The position numbers and the translations under genes are program-made. This document shows positions 9,773-20,576 of a stretch of DNA of 64,000 nucleotides, one piece after another. Source of the DNA: Spirochaetota bacterium (GTDB lineage: Bacteria > Spirochaetota > UBA4802 > UBA5550); the NCBI GenBank assembly GCA_050298055.1, contig JBNKTL010000006.1, positions 34,851 through 98,850 of the forward strand, in the 5' to 3' direction. The notes under the pieces are model-generated. The model had not been told where the DNA came from. It searched no databases and saw only the letters and a list, made by a program, of their open reading frames with translations. Positions within the stretch are counted from its first letter, which is position 1, and each line of letters starts with the position of its first letter.

Positions 9773-10750
9773 CTAAAAGCTCCTGTCAACAAAAAAGCCG
9801 CCTATCCGCACAAGAGTCTCCCTGTATTCAGACTCCGGAAATTCCTCAAGCATTTCCCCGGCACTGGAGATATACTCCCTGGCCGCTTCAAGAGAATATT
9901 CTACTCCACCGGAATTCTTCAACTCTTTTTTTATAATCTCCCAATTCTCCCTTTTGGGATCAGCGGCCATATCCCTGAACTGCTTCCTCTTCTCTTCATC
10001 CATATTGTCAAGCATCTGAAGAAAGGGGAGAGTCACCTTCCCATCCATAAAGTCGTTCCCTGTGTCTTTCCCGGTTATTGTATTATCAATAACGTCAAGT
10101 GTATCATCCACGATCTGAAAGGCAAAACCGAGATTGAGGCCGAAACTAAAAAGCCGGTCGCATGTCTCCTCCGGGAAACCGGCCATCTGCCCCCCCAGCT
10201 TGGCGCATGCGCCCATGAACCGGGCAGTCTTCAGTTCTATGATGTTGAAGTAATGTTCCCTGTTGATCACATCAACCGCCGAGTACTGGAGCTGGTAGAG
10301 TTCACCCTTGACCATGTCACGCGTGGCCTGAACGATAACGGGAAACATCTCCGGTTTTCCCATGCTGACAATGGTATCCAGGGCCATTGTGTACATGAAG
10401 TCCCCCGCAAGGACCGCCACTTTATTGCCCCACTTTTCCGATACGGTAATATCTCCCCGCCTCAGCAGCGATTTATCAATAATATCATCATGGACAAGGG
10501 TAGCGGCATGGCATATCTCCGTAGCCGAGGCCACTTCAACGATCCGGTCAGGGGGAGTCCCCCTGAGGCCCCCGGCCAGGATAACCAGGGCGGCCCTTAT
10601 CTTCTTCCCTCCTTTAATGAAGAGATGAAGCGACGTATTGTCTATAACCGGCACCCCTGTTGTAAGTTTTTCTTTTATATCACTGTCAACCTCATCCAGG
10701 TAACCGCTGACAGGTTCTAATATTGACTTTAAATCCGGTTTCATATTCAT
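9773..10750 (-). CDS. Polyprenyl diphosphate synthase (IspB/HepT-like)
   Basis: GGKKIR, LVHDDIID..RRG, KTA, FQIVDDTLD, GNDFMDGKVT. Confidence 0.95.
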   Translation of the reverse strand: MNMKPDLKSILEPVSGYLDEVDSDIKEKLTTGVPVIDNTSLHLFIKGGKKIRAALVILAGGLRGTPPDRIVEVASATEICHAATLVHDDIIDKSLLRRGDITVSEKWGNKVAVLAGDFMYTMALDTIVSMGKPEMFPVIVQATRDMVKGELYQLQYSAVDVINREHYFNIIELKTARFMGACAKLGGQMAGFPEETCDRLFSFGLNLGFAFQIVDDTLDVIDNTITGKDTGNDFMDGKVTLPFLQMLDNMDEEKRKQFRDMAADPKRENWEIIKKELKNSGGVEYSLEAAREYISSAGEMLEEFPESEYRETLVRIGGFFVDRSF

Positions 10751-10773
10751 ATTAAGTTTTCAGGGGAGAAATA

Positions 10774-11109
10774 TCAGTCAAAGGTCCCCAGGCATTCTCT
10801 TTTTGAATCGTATATTTCAAACACCTTGTCGAGCATGGTTGTCTGGAACAGTTTCAGAAGATTGTCACTTATAATGACCAGCTTGATGTCCCCCTCATGG
10901 TCCTTGATCCTTCTCTTGACAGCAACAAGCACTCCCAGAGCGGAACTGCATATATGCTTAACATCGATCATATCAATACAGATATTATACTGTTTTTTGT
11001 CAAGGCACTCTTGCAAAACAGTTTCCAGTTCCTCGGAACTATCCTGATCAATCCTTCCGTCAAGGGTAATTATCTCGATATTATCATGGACAGATCGCTT
11101 CATTTTCAA
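10774..11109 (-). CDS. STAS-domain anti-sigma factor antagonist
   Basis: LDGRID...IDM..V.HICSSALGVLV...GDIKL...F..T.LDKVFEIY. Confidence 0.9.
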   Translation of the reverse strand: MKMKRSVHDNIEIITLDGRIDQDSSEELETVLQECLDKKQYNICIDMIDVKHICSSALGVLVAVKRRIKDHEGDIKLVIISDNLLKLFQTTMLDKVFEIYDSKRECLGTFD

Positions 11110-11225
11110 AACTCCACATTTATTTAATTTATGAGGATAACGACTGAGCTTAATGATTTACATTTACACATAGATGAAAATGAGAAAAGCTTTAATGGCA
11201 TTATTATTATTATTTTATGACAATT

Positions 11226-11957
11226 TCAAGCTTTTTTTACACCGGTCCGGGCAATAGTCACGGAAAAAACATTTTCCGCCCCTTCTTCACGGAGGACCCG
11301 GGCACACTCGTTTATTGTTGCCCCGGTGGTAAAGATGTCATCCACCAGCAATATCCGCTTACCGCCGATATCCACACCTTTTTTAACGCCAAACCTGTTG
11401 ATGATATTAAGAAACCTCTCCCGGTAACCGAGAAATTTCTGTCCTCCTCTCTTTCCCTTTTCATAAAGAAGTTCCCTGTACGGTTTTTTCAGTACACCGG
11501 AGAGGAGCTTTGATATCTCCTCCGAGTGGTTATATCCTCTCTTCCACTTCTTTCGCCTGCTTACCGGTACCGAAGTCAGTATGTCAACATCAAGATCCTT
11601 TAAGTCAGTATGTTTGAAAACAGCCCCGGCAATTATCCGCTTCAGGGCCCTTCTTCCCTTAAACTTGTAGTTTTCAATAATCTCCTTCATTACACCGGAA
11701 AAATCCGCCATGCAGATGTTCCTTTCAAGATAGAATTCCCTGCTTCCGCAGATGGTGCACTCCCCATTGTCCATGATGCCGGAACACCTGCCGCAGCTCT
11801 CCCCGAGATAATCAATTTCATCAAAGCATGAAGAGCAGAGGTTCCTGTCTGATACTGATATGCTGCATCCGCACCTTACGCAGTTCCCGGGGACGAAAAG
11901 ATCAAGAAGGAGGAGAGGGAGCTGCCTGATATACCCCCTGCCCGGATGATCAGTCAC
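11226..11957 (-). CDS. comF: ComF family protein (double zinc ribbon + PRTase)
   Basis: CVRC..CSSC..CGRC..CTIC; VP....RGYN; ILLVDDIFTTGAT. Confidence 0.9.
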   Translation of the reverse strand: MTDHPGRGYIRQLPLLLLDLFVPGNCVRCGCSISVSDRNLCSSCFDEIDYLGESCGRCSGIMDNGECTICGSREFYLERNICMADFSGVMKEIIENYKFKGRRALKRIIAGAVFKHTDLKDLDVDILTSVPVSRRKKWKRGYNHSEEISKLLSGVLKKPYRELLYEKGKRGGQKFLGYRERFLNIINRFGVKKGVDIGGKRILLVDDIFTTGATINECARVLREEGAENVFSVTIARTGVKKA

Positions 11958-12651
11958 TGCAATCCCTGTACCGGGCGGGGTCCTTTATTCCCGATTTATG
12001 AAAGCCCCGTCTCCTGATGGTACAGCTGTCACAGACCCCGCAGGAAACACCATCTTCATCGGGATCATAGCAGCTGTGGGTCATTGAGTAATCCACTCCC
12101 AGTTCTGTCCCCTTTTTAATAATATCCGACTTTTCCATCTTAAGAAGGGGCGCTTCAATGTTAAAGCAGTCACCGGAAATACCCGCCTTTGTTCCCGTGT
12201 TGGCCATCTTGTTGAAAGCCTCAATAAATTCCGGCCTGCAGTCCGGGTAGCCGCTGTAGTCAACGGCATTGGCACCTATGAAGATGTCACGTGCGCCTAT
12301 GGACTCGGCATAGGCGAGGGCATATGAGAGGAAGAGTATATTCCTTGCGGGAACATAGGTCACCGGGATTGTTTCTCCGTTGACATCTCTTCCCTTTTTC
12401 GGCACTTCAATAACGGAATTTTTCATAAGTGCGGAGTGGAAGATCTGCCCGGGAAGCTCAATAATGATATGGTCTTTGATATTGAAAAACACCGCCAGTT
12501 TTTTCGCGGACTCTATCTCTACATCGTGCCTCTGCCCGTAGCTGAATGTCAGCGCGGAAATCCGGAAGCCCCTTCCCTGTGCAATGGCAGCCGTTGTGGC
12601 CGAATCGAGGCCTCCACTGAGGAGAACTACCGCTTTTTTTGCTTCTTTCAT
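11950..12651 (-). CDS. queC: 7-cyano-7-deazaguanine synthase
   Basis: LLSGGLDS, YGQRH, TYVPARN, DYSGYPDCRPEF, SCY...CGVCDSC. Confidence 0.97.
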   Translation of the reverse strand: MKEAKKAVVLLSGGLDSATTAAIAQGRGFRISALTFSYGQRHDVEIESAKKLAVFFNIKDHIIIELPGQIFHSALMKNSVIEVPKKGRDVNGETIPVTYVPARNILFLSYALAYAESIGARDIFIGANAVDYSGYPDCRPEFIEAFNKMANTGTKAGISGDCFNIEAPLLKMEKSDIIKKGTELGVDYSMTHSCYDPDEDGVSCGVCDSCTIRRRGFHKSGIKDPARYRDCSD

Positions 12652-12717
12652 ATCAACCTTCTACTTGCTGTTCTTACCTTTGTTGTTTCCATCCCCTTCT
12701 TTCCCCAATTTCTCTTT

Positions 12718-12795
12718 CCCCCCCCAGCCCCCAAAGGGGGCGTAAGATTTATACTATAAATCCTCTTATACCCCCTCCGGGATTATGGGGCTTTA
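12718..12795 (-). repeat. Family B poly-C/poly-G cruciform repeat, copy 2
   Basis: Reverse complement AAGCCCCATAATCCCGGAGGGGGTATAAGA..TCTTACGCCCCCTTTGGGGGCTGGGGGG aligns with 1495-1572. Confidence 0.7.
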
Positions 12796-12878
12796 TGGAT
12801 ACGAACATATATACTATTAATACTGCCGGGATTTAAAAAAATAAAGTTTTTTTTATCACAGAGTGAATTTTTTATTTC

Positions 12879-14195
12879 TCAATGAACAAACTTTCTCATC
12901 CTGATATTGATCAGGATGCCTATGGCCAGCATGGACATGACCAGGTTTGAGCCTCCGTAGGAAACGAAACTGAGGGGGAGTCCCGTCACCGGCATGATCC
13001 CTATGACCATCCCGATATTTATCAGGGAGTGGAAAAAGAAGATTGCGGTAATTCCGCTTGCAAGAAGCGCGCCGAACTTGTCCTTTGCTTCAAATGATAT
13101 CTGGATCCCTCTGAAAATGAGAATCATCATCAGGAGTATAACAAGTATTGCCCCGATAAACCCCCACTCCTCCGCGACCACCGCGAAGATAAAATCAGAG
13201 GACTTCTCGGGAAGAAAACCGAGCTGTGACTGGGTCCCCTTGAGAAAACCCTTCCCGATAAATCCCCCGGAACCGATAGCTATCTTGGACTGGATGATAT
13301 TATAACCTGAACCGTGGGGATCGAGGTCAGGGTTCAGAAATACCAGGATCCTCTTCTTCTGGTAGTCGTGAAAGAACTTCTGGATGATTACCGAAAAGAG
13401 GAGACCCAGGGAGATAACAGCCCCCGGAATGTAGATTTTCCGCATTACCTTTTTTACCAGCATCCTGTGCGCAACATAAGAAAGAACGGAGAGCAGGAGT
13501 AAAATCCCCGATACAAGAAAGAGCATGTTAACATCCTTGAAAAAGTCGAGGATAAAGTTGGTATCCTGGACCCCGACCCATTCCCTGTATGTTATGATCA
13601 TGGGAACGATAAGCGCGATCCCGAATACCGTAATAATGGAAAGAAGGTGGAAGACATCCGCTCCTCCCACGAAGAGCATGGTAAAGAGAATCGGAATAAA
13701 TATTATTGCCGTCCCGAAGTCGGGCTGTTTGGCAACGATGACCACCGGAACAAGTGTTATGAGAGAAGGAATCAGGAGCTCCCTGAAATTCTTGATGTCC
13801 CTCTCACGGAGTTCAAGATACTTCCCCAGGACGATGACAAGGACCAGTTTCATGAACTCCGACGGCTGAATGTTAAACATGCCGAGATTGAGCCAGGCAC
13901 GGGTGTTTCTTATGGGAGTCCCGAATATTGTGGTGAAGAGAAGTATGACCGCAAGCAGACCGTAGAGATGGAGTGAATAGTCACCCAACTGCTGGTAGTT
14001 GACAAAAGTAACTGCCAGCATCATGAGAAATCCGAAGATAAACCAGAGTATCTGTTTTTTAAAGAGACCGCTGTTTGTCTTGACAATGGGATCAAACCCG
14101 GTACTGTATATCATCAGTATTCCCAGGGCCGTGAGTATAATCACCGTAATGACCAGCAGGTAGTCAATCTTGTAGATCCCGTCAATCTTTCTCAT
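12879..14195 (-). CDS. rodA: Rod shape-determining SEDS glycosyltransferase RodA
   Basis: IQPSEFMK, QPDFGT, GYNIIQSKIAIGSGG, LPE..SDFIF, GLPLSFVSYGGS; follows mrdA. Confidence 0.95.
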   Translation of the reverse strand: MRKIDGIYKIDYLLVITVIILTALGILMIYSTGFDPIVKTNSGLFKKQILWFIFGFLMMLAVTFVNYQQLGDYSLHLYGLLAVILLFTTIFGTPIRNTRAWLNLGMFNIQPSEFMKLVLVIVLGKYLELRERDIKNFRELLIPSLITLVPVVIVAKQPDFGTAIIFIPILFTMLFVGGADVFHLLSIITVFGIALIVPMIITYREWVGVQDTNFILDFFKDVNMLFLVSGILLLLSVLSYVAHRMLVKKVMRKIYIPGAVISLGLLFSVIIQKFFHDYQKKRILVFLNPDLDPHGSGYNIIQSKIAIGSGGFIGKGFLKGTQSQLGFLPEKSSDFIFAVVAEEWGFIGAILVILLMMILIFRGIQISFEAKDKFGALLASGITAIFFFHSLINIGMVIGIMPVTGLPLSFVSYGGSNLVMSMLAIGILINIRMRKFVH

Positions 14196-16021
14196 TTAAA
14201 ATATCCCAGCTCTTCCATTTTTGAAATCATCTTGCCGGCAACAGGCAGGGCACTCATAGCGCCCCACTGTCCGTACTCTACCATTACGGCAACGGCAATC
14301 GCTTTCTCCGCAGGGGCGTCATAGGGGGCGTACCCGATATACCAGGCATGCTGAGTGGCATCCTCTTTCCTGATTGAACGGGTCTGCGCGGTACCGGTCT
14401 TACCGGCAACCTGTACCTTCATATTCTTAAGCAGCTGCTGTGTACCAATAAGCACACCCATCCTCATGCCGGTCTTGATGCTCTTAAGAGTAAGGGGAGA
14501 GAGAGGAGTTTCCCTGAGCCTTTCCTTTGTATATCCCTTTACGACCCTGCTGTTGTCGGCTGTTCGGATCTCCTTTATGACCTTGGGTTTGTAGACGATA
14601 CCGTTGTTGACAATGGCCGCGACCAGATTGACCATGGCGATGGGAGTAATGTTGAGGAAACCCTGCCCTATGGACATGTTCAGGGTATCACCGTCAAACC
14701 ATGATTGGCCGTAAGTCCGGAGCTTCCATTTCCGGGAAGGGATAAAGCTCTTCTCCTCACCCGGTATATCGATCCCTGTTTTCTGGTCCAGACCGAGGTA
14801 TCCCGCGTAGGTCATTATCGAGGTGGGTCCTATCTGGTAACCGAGCCTGTAGAAATAGACACTGCAGGAGTGGGCTATGGCGTTCTGCAAATCGAGATTG
14901 CCATGGGCCTGGATACAGTAGAAGTCTTTGTCCCTGTACCCTTTGAGAGTATACTTTCCGGGACAAAAGAAGACCTTACCGGGATAGGACTTTTCGGTCT
15001 CCAGGGCCGCTATTGCCGTTACCAGCTTAAAGGTGGACGCGGGAGGATATTTCGCCTGTATGACCCTGTTAAGGAAAGGCCTGTCCTTGTCCTTCAACAG
15101 CTTACTGATGATTTCGCCGTTGTCCTTTGAAATCATCTGGTTGGGATCAAAATCGGGCTTGCTGACCAGGGCGATGACCTCACCGGTAGAGACCTTGATG
15201 GCAATGGCGGAACCCTTCTTCTCTCCCAGGGCCTCGCGGGCGGCCTTCTGGACCTCATAATCAAGGGTCAGAATGATATTGCTGCCGGAAACAGGTTCAA
15301 GACCCACCTGTTCCCCTTCGGTACGGTTTTTTACATCAACAATTCTCTTTATAAAACCGTCCTTTCCCCGGAGCAGGCTGTCATAATTTTTCTCGATACC
15401 TGTTTTCCCGATCTTCTGGTAGTACCTGTACCCGGAACGCTTCAGCCGGCCATACTCCTCCCTGCTGATACTGCCGATATATCCCACAACATGGGCAAAA
15501 ATGTTGTTGAAGTTGTAGACTCTCACCGGCGCGTCTTCCCAGTCGATGTTCGGTACAAGGTGCTGATTGGAAGCAATCCTCACAATTGATTCAAAATTCA
15601 CATCTTCGATTATGACAATTCTCTCCCAGGGGTTCCTCTCCCTGAGGTCAAGATTTATATTCTCCTCGGGAATCTTAAGGAGATTTCGCAGATTATCCAT
15701 GACTCTTTTCATTTTCTTTCTGGATTTAAACCGCGCGGGGATGGTGGTAATATTAAATGAAGGCCGGTTTGTGACGACACTCACGCCGGGTTTGTTCCCG
15801 GTAAAAGTCCTGTCGTAGATCTCTCCCCTTGTTGCGGGGATGGGGATAAAGTCCTCCATATTGGACCGGGACTTCTCCCTGTATTCACTGCCATGAATGA
15901 TCTGGAGATTGATAAGCTGAATGATAAGGGCAAGGAAGATAAGAGAAACAACTGTTATGAAAAAATACATCCTGAATCTGAAAGCTTCCAACATCCTGCC
16001 TTTTAGGGATGTCTGAACCAT
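14192..16021 (-). CDS. mrdA: Penicillin-binding protein 2
   Basis: RGEIYDR, YPPASTFK, SCSVYFY, AGKTGTAQ; position in mre operon; start moved to MVQTS. Confidence 0.93.
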   Translation of the reverse strand: MVQTSLKGRMLEAFRFRMYFFITVVSLIFLALIIQLINLQIIHGSEYREKSRSNMEDFIPIPATRGEIYDRTFTGNKPGVSVVTNRPSFNITTIPARFKSRKKMKRVMDNLRNLLKIPEENINLDLRERNPWERIVIIEDVNFESIVRIASNQHLVPNIDWEDAPVRVYNFNNIFAHVVGYIGSISREEYGRLKRSGYRYYQKIGKTGIEKNYDSLLRGKDGFIKRIVDVKNRTEGEQVGLEPVSGSNIILTLDYEVQKAAREALGEKKGSAIAIKVSTGEVIALVSKPDFDPNQMISKDNGEIISKLLKDKDRPFLNRVIQAKYPPASTFKLVTAIAALETEKSYPGKVFFCPGKYTLKGYRDKDFYCIQAHGNLDLQNAIAHSCSVYFYRLGYQIGPTSIMTYAGYLGLDQKTGIDIPGEEKSFIPSRKWKLRTYGQSWFDGDTLNMSIGQGFLNITPIAMVNLVAAIVNNGIVYKPKVIKEIRTADNSRVVKGYTKERLRETPLSPLTLKSIKTGMRMGVLIGTQQLLKNMKVQVAGKTGTAQTRSIRKEDATQHAWYIGYAPYDAPAEKAIAVAVMVEYGQWGAMSALPVAGKMISKMEELGYFK

Positions 16022-16022
16022 C

Positions 16023-16526
16023 TTAGAGATTGCCCCCCTTTTCAATCTCGTTCTGGAAGATCCTGTCAAATATGAAAAAGAGGGGCGGGGCCAGTATGGC
16101 ATTGTAAAAGGATTCCGGCAGAATAATGCCCAGTGACTCCGATACCATGGATTCGTGAAAGACATAACAGATCATCAGTGTGATAATACCTTTAAGAATT
16201 GACGCAATAAACAGGAGCAGTGTAATTGTAACCAGGTTGCTCTTAATGACAGACCGTCCCAGCATCCCTATGACAAAACCCATGGCCATTTTCGGAAACG
16301 CAAGGAGTCCCAGCGGAGAGTTGGATATTGAATCGTGAAAAAGTCCGCCGATAAACCCGGTAACTTCACCATAGAAAGAACCGAAGCTGTAACCGCAAAA
16401 GATCACCAGGATAAAAAGGAGGTCCGGTTTAACTCCCGCGATCCTTATGACATCAAAGGAGGAATGCCCCTGCACAATAAGGCAGATAAGAGCCAATACC
16501 GCTGTATATATATATGAAAATATCAT
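16023..16526 (-). CDS. mreD: Rod shape-determining protein MreD
   Basis: GVKPDLL..GFIGGLFHD; multi-TM; between mreC and mrdA. Confidence 0.9.
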   Translation of the reverse strand: MIFSYIYTAVLALICLIVQGHSSFDVIRIAGVKPDLLFILVIFCGYSFGSFYGEVTGFIGGLFHDSISNSPLGLLAFPKMAMGFVIGMLGRSVIKSNLVTITLLLFIASILKGIITLMICYVFHESMVSESLGIILPESFYNAILAPPLFFIFDRIFQNEIEKGGNL

Positions 16527-17386
16527 TTTTTCCCTTCAAACAGCTCCACCAGGTCTTTATCGGGCACTTTTAAAACAACAAAAACCTCCTCCAGGAGGTT
16601 ATAGTCGATGGCCGGTTTGACAATGATCTTCTGATAAGCGCTGGATTCCAGTATTTCGGATTTCAGGACCTTCCCTACCAGGAGCCCCGGCGGGAATACA
16701 CCCCCCTGGCCCGATGTAATCAAAATACTGCCAAACTTCACCTCGGCATTTCTGCTCACATAATCAACGACCGAGAGATTGGAATTACTGGAATACCCCC
16801 TGAGCAGCCCCGGGTACCTGCTCTCCTGAAACTTGATTCCGATCCTGATATCGGTCGATATGATAGGAATAATTCTGGATATACTTCCTCTTGCTTCGGC
16901 TATCTTTCCCACAATGGCCTTGTTCCCGTTCTGGAAGGCCAGAACAGGCATGTTGACCTGTATACCGTTGTCACTGCCCCGGTCGATAATCAGCGTCCGG
17001 AACCAGTTGTCCGGGTCTTTTGATATAACGGTTGCCGGTATGGATTCGTAGGGGATCTTCTCCTTTCTGCCGAGAAGATTTCTGAATCTCCTGTTTTCAT
17101 TCTTTATTTCACTTATTTCTTCCGTAAGGGTCTCATAAAGCTGGAGCTTCTTCCGGGTCTTCCGAAGTTCTTCCCTGACTTCATTGAGTTCGGTATAGCC
17201 CTTCCACATCCTGCTCAAACCGTTCTGAAATCCGTTATAGGCTTTCTGGAACGGAGTGGTAAGAGCGCTCCCGATACCCTCAATTGAAAATGTAAAAGTA
17301 CTCGATTGCGTTGACAGTGAGATTATGCAGAAGAGCGTAAACGCACAGAATGCAACAATGGTTCTATGTCGTATAAAAAATTCCAC
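16523..17386 (-). CDS. mreC: Rod shape-determining protein MreC
   Basis: TM + coiled coil, ENRRFRNLL, IIDRGS.NG, TSG.GGVFPPGL.VG. Confidence 0.93.
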   Translation of the reverse strand: MEFFIRHRTIVAFCAFTLFCIISLSTQSSTFTFSIEGIGSALTTPFQKAYNGFQNGLSRMWKGYTELNEVREELRKTRKKLQLYETLTEEISEIKNENRRFRNLLGRKEKIPYESIPATVISKDPDNWFRTLIIDRGSDNGIQVNMPVLAFQNGNKAIVGKIAEARGSISRIIPIISTDIRIGIKFQESRYPGLLRGYSSNSNLSVVDYVSRNAEVKFGSILITSGQGGVFPPGLLVGKVLKSEILESSAYQKIIVKPAIDYNLLEEVFVVLKVPDKDLVELFEGKK

Positions 17387-17395
17387 CTGAACAGA

Positions 17396-18421
17396 CTACT
17401 TCAAGTTGGCTTTATTGAGATTTCTTATCTCCTCAAGGAACTTTCCCGCACCGAGGACAACACAGGTCAGAGGATTCTCCGCAAGTATCACGGGAACACC
17501 TGTCTCCTTACTCACATACTTGTCGAGCCCCTTGAGCAGTGAACCGCCACCGGTCATGACAATTCCCCTCTCCATAATATCCGCCGCAAGTTCCGGGGGT
17601 GTTTTTTCCAGGGCATGCCTTACACCGTCAAGTATCTGGTCTACTGGTTCCTTGAGCGCCTTTCTCATCTCAACGGAATCAATCTCAAGGTTCCTGGGCA
17701 GCCCGGACATGGCGTCCCTTCCCTTGAGCTCCATCCTTGAGACTTTTTTCTCGGGGAAAGCGTTTCCTATCCGGAACTTGACCTCCTCTGCCATCCTCTC
17801 CCCGATAATAAGGTTATACTGTGTTCTGAGATATTTTATAATTGCTTCGTCAAACTCATCCCCTGCCACCCTGATAGAATCGGCGATAACCATGCCGCCC
17901 AGGGATATGACCGCGATCTCGGTGGTCCCTCCCCCGATATCAAGTACCATGTTACCGGCAGGTTCATGGATGGGGATATTCGCTCCTATTGCGGCGGCAA
18001 GAGCCTCTTCGATAAGGAAGATCTCGCGGGCACCCGCCTGTTCAGCAGACTCCCTTACCGCTCTCTTCTCAACCTCTGTAATCCCTGACGGGACACCGAT
18101 GACAACTCTCGGCCTTACCAGTGTCTTCCTTTTGTGTACCTTGGTTATAAAGTACCTTATCATCTTTTCAGTGGTTTCAAAATCCGCAATAACCCCGTCT
18201 TTCATGGGTCTTATGGCCACAATATCACCCGGTGTACGTCCCAGCATTCTCTTTGCTTCATGACCAACCGCAAGCACTTTTCCCGTACTTGTCTGTACCG
18301 CGACTACCGAGGGTTCACTCAAAACAATCCCCTGCCCCTTCACATGTACAAGCGTGTTGGCTGTTCCCAGGTCTATGCCCATGTCATTTGAGAACATCCC
18401 GTAAAAAGAATTAAATATCAT
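17396..18421 (-). CDS. mreB: Rod shape-determining actin MreB
   Basis: [50 protein letters not shown]. Confidence 0.98.
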   Translation of the reverse strand: MIFNSFYGMFSNDMGIDLGTANTLVHVKGQGIVLSEPSVVAVQTSTGKVLAVGHEAKRMLGRTPGDIVAIRPMKDGVIADFETTEKMIRYFITKVHKRKTLVRPRVVIGVPSGITEVEKRAVRESAEQAGAREIFLIEEALAAAIGANIPIHEPAGNMVLDIGGGTTEIAVISLGGMVIADSIRVAGDEFDEAIIKYLRTQYNLIIGERMAEEVKFRIGNAFPEKKVSRMELKGRDAMSGLPRNLEIDSVEMRKALKEPVDQILDGVRHALEKTPPELAADIMERGIVMTGGGSLLKGLDKYVSKETGVPVILAENPLTCVVLGAGKFLEEIRNLNKANLK

Positions 18422-18594
18422 CGAAAAAATCTCCTGTATTGGTCAACTTAGATAGAGGCTTTCAAAATATATATATTTCTGAGAAGCTTTTTATTACAAA
18501 AAATACCAGCAACATCAAACTCAATAAAAAGAGCTTCGTTTATTTGTCAAGTTTTAATCTCATAAGTGAATTTTTGAGGTAAATTTGAAGACTT

Positions 18595-18805
18595 TGTCAT
18601 CACAAGGAACGCAGTGATGTAATGAACTGTTCCCCTCGATACAATTTGCCGCGCCTTATTAAGAGCATAAAGCACTGTATTAATAAAGCGGCAAATCACT
18701 CAGGGAACACAGATGCTCATCGAGTGATCCTGCATCTTAATACGCCATTTCCTAACAACTCCGGAGAGCAGGATCGTATCGAGATGAGCTGCGCTCGCTA
18801 TGACA
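18595..18805. repeat. Nested palindromic (REP/RPE-like) structured element
   Basis: Outer TGTCAT...ATGACA; inner hairpins TGTTCCC..ATTTGCCGC/GCGGCAAAT..GGGAACA and GCTCATC..GATCCTGC/GCAGGATC..GATGAGC. Confidence 0.7.
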
Positions 18806-18818
18806 GGAACTGATCCCC

Positions 18819-19817
18819 TTACATGACACCCAGAAGCTTTTTCACTTCCCGGTTCGAACTGTCCCTGGCATAGACTTCGTTCCAGATGGCCCGGGCTTTC
18901 TCTTTTTCACCCAGTGCCAGATAGCTCTTGCCTATCCATATTCTCAATTCGTTATCGTTGCCGTCAATTTCCAGTGCCGTGAGGAACTGTTTTAGTGATT
19001 CACGGTAAAGTGACTGGTTGAAATAGATCTCTCCAAGGCTTACATGTACCAGTTTTTTCAGCCTCTCATTTTTTACCCTCTCCAGAACCTCCTGGAAGTG
19101 GATGATAGCCTGTGTAAATCTCTTTGCAGATTTTTCCGCCGTGGCCAGGAAAAGTGTTCCCTCAAGGCTCTCCTTTACACTGCCATACCTGTTCAGATAT
19201 TCCAACCCTTCATCTTCCCTGCCGTTCAGGATCATCAAGTGAGAATAGAGCCGTACGTCCTCAACACTCTTCAGGGACCCATCCTTCAGATGCTGCAGGG
19301 TATTCAAAATCTCAACAGGTCCGGAAAATCCCGTGTAAAAAAGAGACCAGGCAAGGATCATGGAGATCTCCTTATCGACACTGTCCCCGTTGAGGAGAGC
19401 AATCCCCTTCTTTATATCGCGAATGGAATGCTTGAATTGCTTCCCGGCCTTCCCGCTGACCAGAGGGAACCTGTTGTTAATATAGAGTTCGGAAAAACGC
19501 CCTTCCAGGAAGGTAAGAGCAATATAATAATGCAGCTTACCGGAAAGAAAACAGGTTTCGGGATCTACCTGGTTTTCATTCTTGTAATTATCCACAATCT
19601 TCACAAGTCCCTGCAGGTTTTTCTGCCTCTCTTCCCTGCTGCTTACAGAATTGTTCGCCTCAATTTCGCTCCGAAGCTTGTTGTAAGTATATTTCCAGAA
19701 AAATATACGCTGTTTATACCTGTTGCCCGCGTAGAACGCGGCAGCGGCAAGTATCAGAATGATCAGCAGCCTGATAAACCTGCCGTTCTTTTTCTTTATT
19801 TTATACCTGTAATACAT
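18819..19817 (-). CDS. Membrane-anchored TPR protein
   Basis: N-terminal TM; C-terminal TPRs (LGEIYFNQSLYRESLKQF..ALEID; IGKSYLALGEKEKARAIW). Confidence 0.85.
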   Translation of the reverse strand: MYYRYKIKKKNGRFIRLLIILILAAAAFYAGNRYKQRIFFWKYTYNKLRSEIEANNSVSSREERQKNLQGLVKIVDNYKNENQVDPETCFLSGKLHYYIALTFLEGRFSELYINNRFPLVSGKAGKQFKHSIRDIKKGIALLNGDSVDKEISMILAWSLFYTGFSGPVEILNTLQHLKDGSLKSVEDVRLYSHLMILNGREDEGLEYLNRYGSVKESLEGTLFLATAEKSAKRFTQAIIHFQEVLERVKNERLKKLVHVSLGEIYFNQSLYRESLKQFLTALEIDGNDNELRIWIGKSYLALGEKEKARAIWNEVYARDSSNREVKKLLGVM

Positions 19818-19838
19818 TGGAGGCCATCCCGGAAAAAC

Positions 19839-20540
19839 TTACTGGTGTGTTTTATTGTATTCATGGAACTTACGCTGTACACGATCAATTAATTCATTTT
19901 CATTTTCAACAACAAAAAGTTTTACTCCCTGAGAACCTTTAATAAAAGCGGCAATATAGTTATTACCGGAAACCATCTCATTTATCCGGTAAAAATCGAA
20001 GCGGAACTGCTTGTTTTCCATATAAAAGTTGATGCCCTCCCTGTCCAGAAGGAACCTGCCGTTTCCCATTCGCTTGATGTTCTTGTACTCTTTCAGGGAC
20101 GGGTCTATGTTCCCGGTGCCGCTCCTGTAGTCTATCACAGAGGACCTGTCATCAAAAAGGACAAAGCAGTAGGATTCATTTGGATTAGCACTTTCTTTTA
20201 CCACTGTTTTCCCTGAACTCAGATCGGGGGAGTCCGGCTCTTTACGGGAAAAACTTTCAGAATCATCAATCAGATCCACTTCCTCCCCGTCATCTTCGGA
20301 AAGAAGGTGCCTACTTATCTCGTGATGGATCCCTTCATGATCATCAATATCATGGGAAGAGAGTGTTTCCGGTTCAATTTCCTCTTCGGGAAGCCTCTTT
20401 TCAATAATTTCATCTGTTTTATGCCTTTTTCCCGCCGGTTTTCTCCCGGAAAAGACCAGGGGGCTCCCGGCATCTTTAAAAGCAGAGTAGAAAAATACAA
20501 GCAGCCCCGAAAGAATAAAAAAGAGTGATAAATAGAGCAT
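19839..20540 (-). CDS. Hypothetical protein: N-terminal TM, acidic linker, C-terminal PH-like beta domain
   Basis: 233-aa ORF co-oriented with neighbours; composition only. Confidence 0.7.
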   Translation of the reverse strand: MLYLSLFFILSGLLVFFYSAFKDAGSPLVFSGRKPAGKRHKTDEIIEKRLPEEEIEPETLSSHDIDDHEGIHHEISRHLLSEDDGEEVDLIDDSESFSRKEPDSPDLSSGKTVVKESANPNESYCFVLFDDRSSVIDYRSGTGNIDPSLKEYKNIKRMGNGRFLLDREGINFYMENKQFRFDFYRINEMVSGNNYIAAFIKGSQGVKLFVVENENELIDRVQRKFHEYNKTHQ

Positions 20541-20576
20541 GATAGTTCCGTTTTGTGTTATTTATAAGTAAAATTG

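Noticed and set aside
14192..16021. Inactive PBP2 because SxN reads SCS
   Set aside because: SxxK and KTG are intact, this position varies among PBP2s, and the operon is complete
17406..18263. Long antisense ORFs (also 33122-34012, 55106-56278, 49815-50648, 19044-19892)
   Set aside because: Shadows of well-supported genes on the opposite strand; no motifs or RBS
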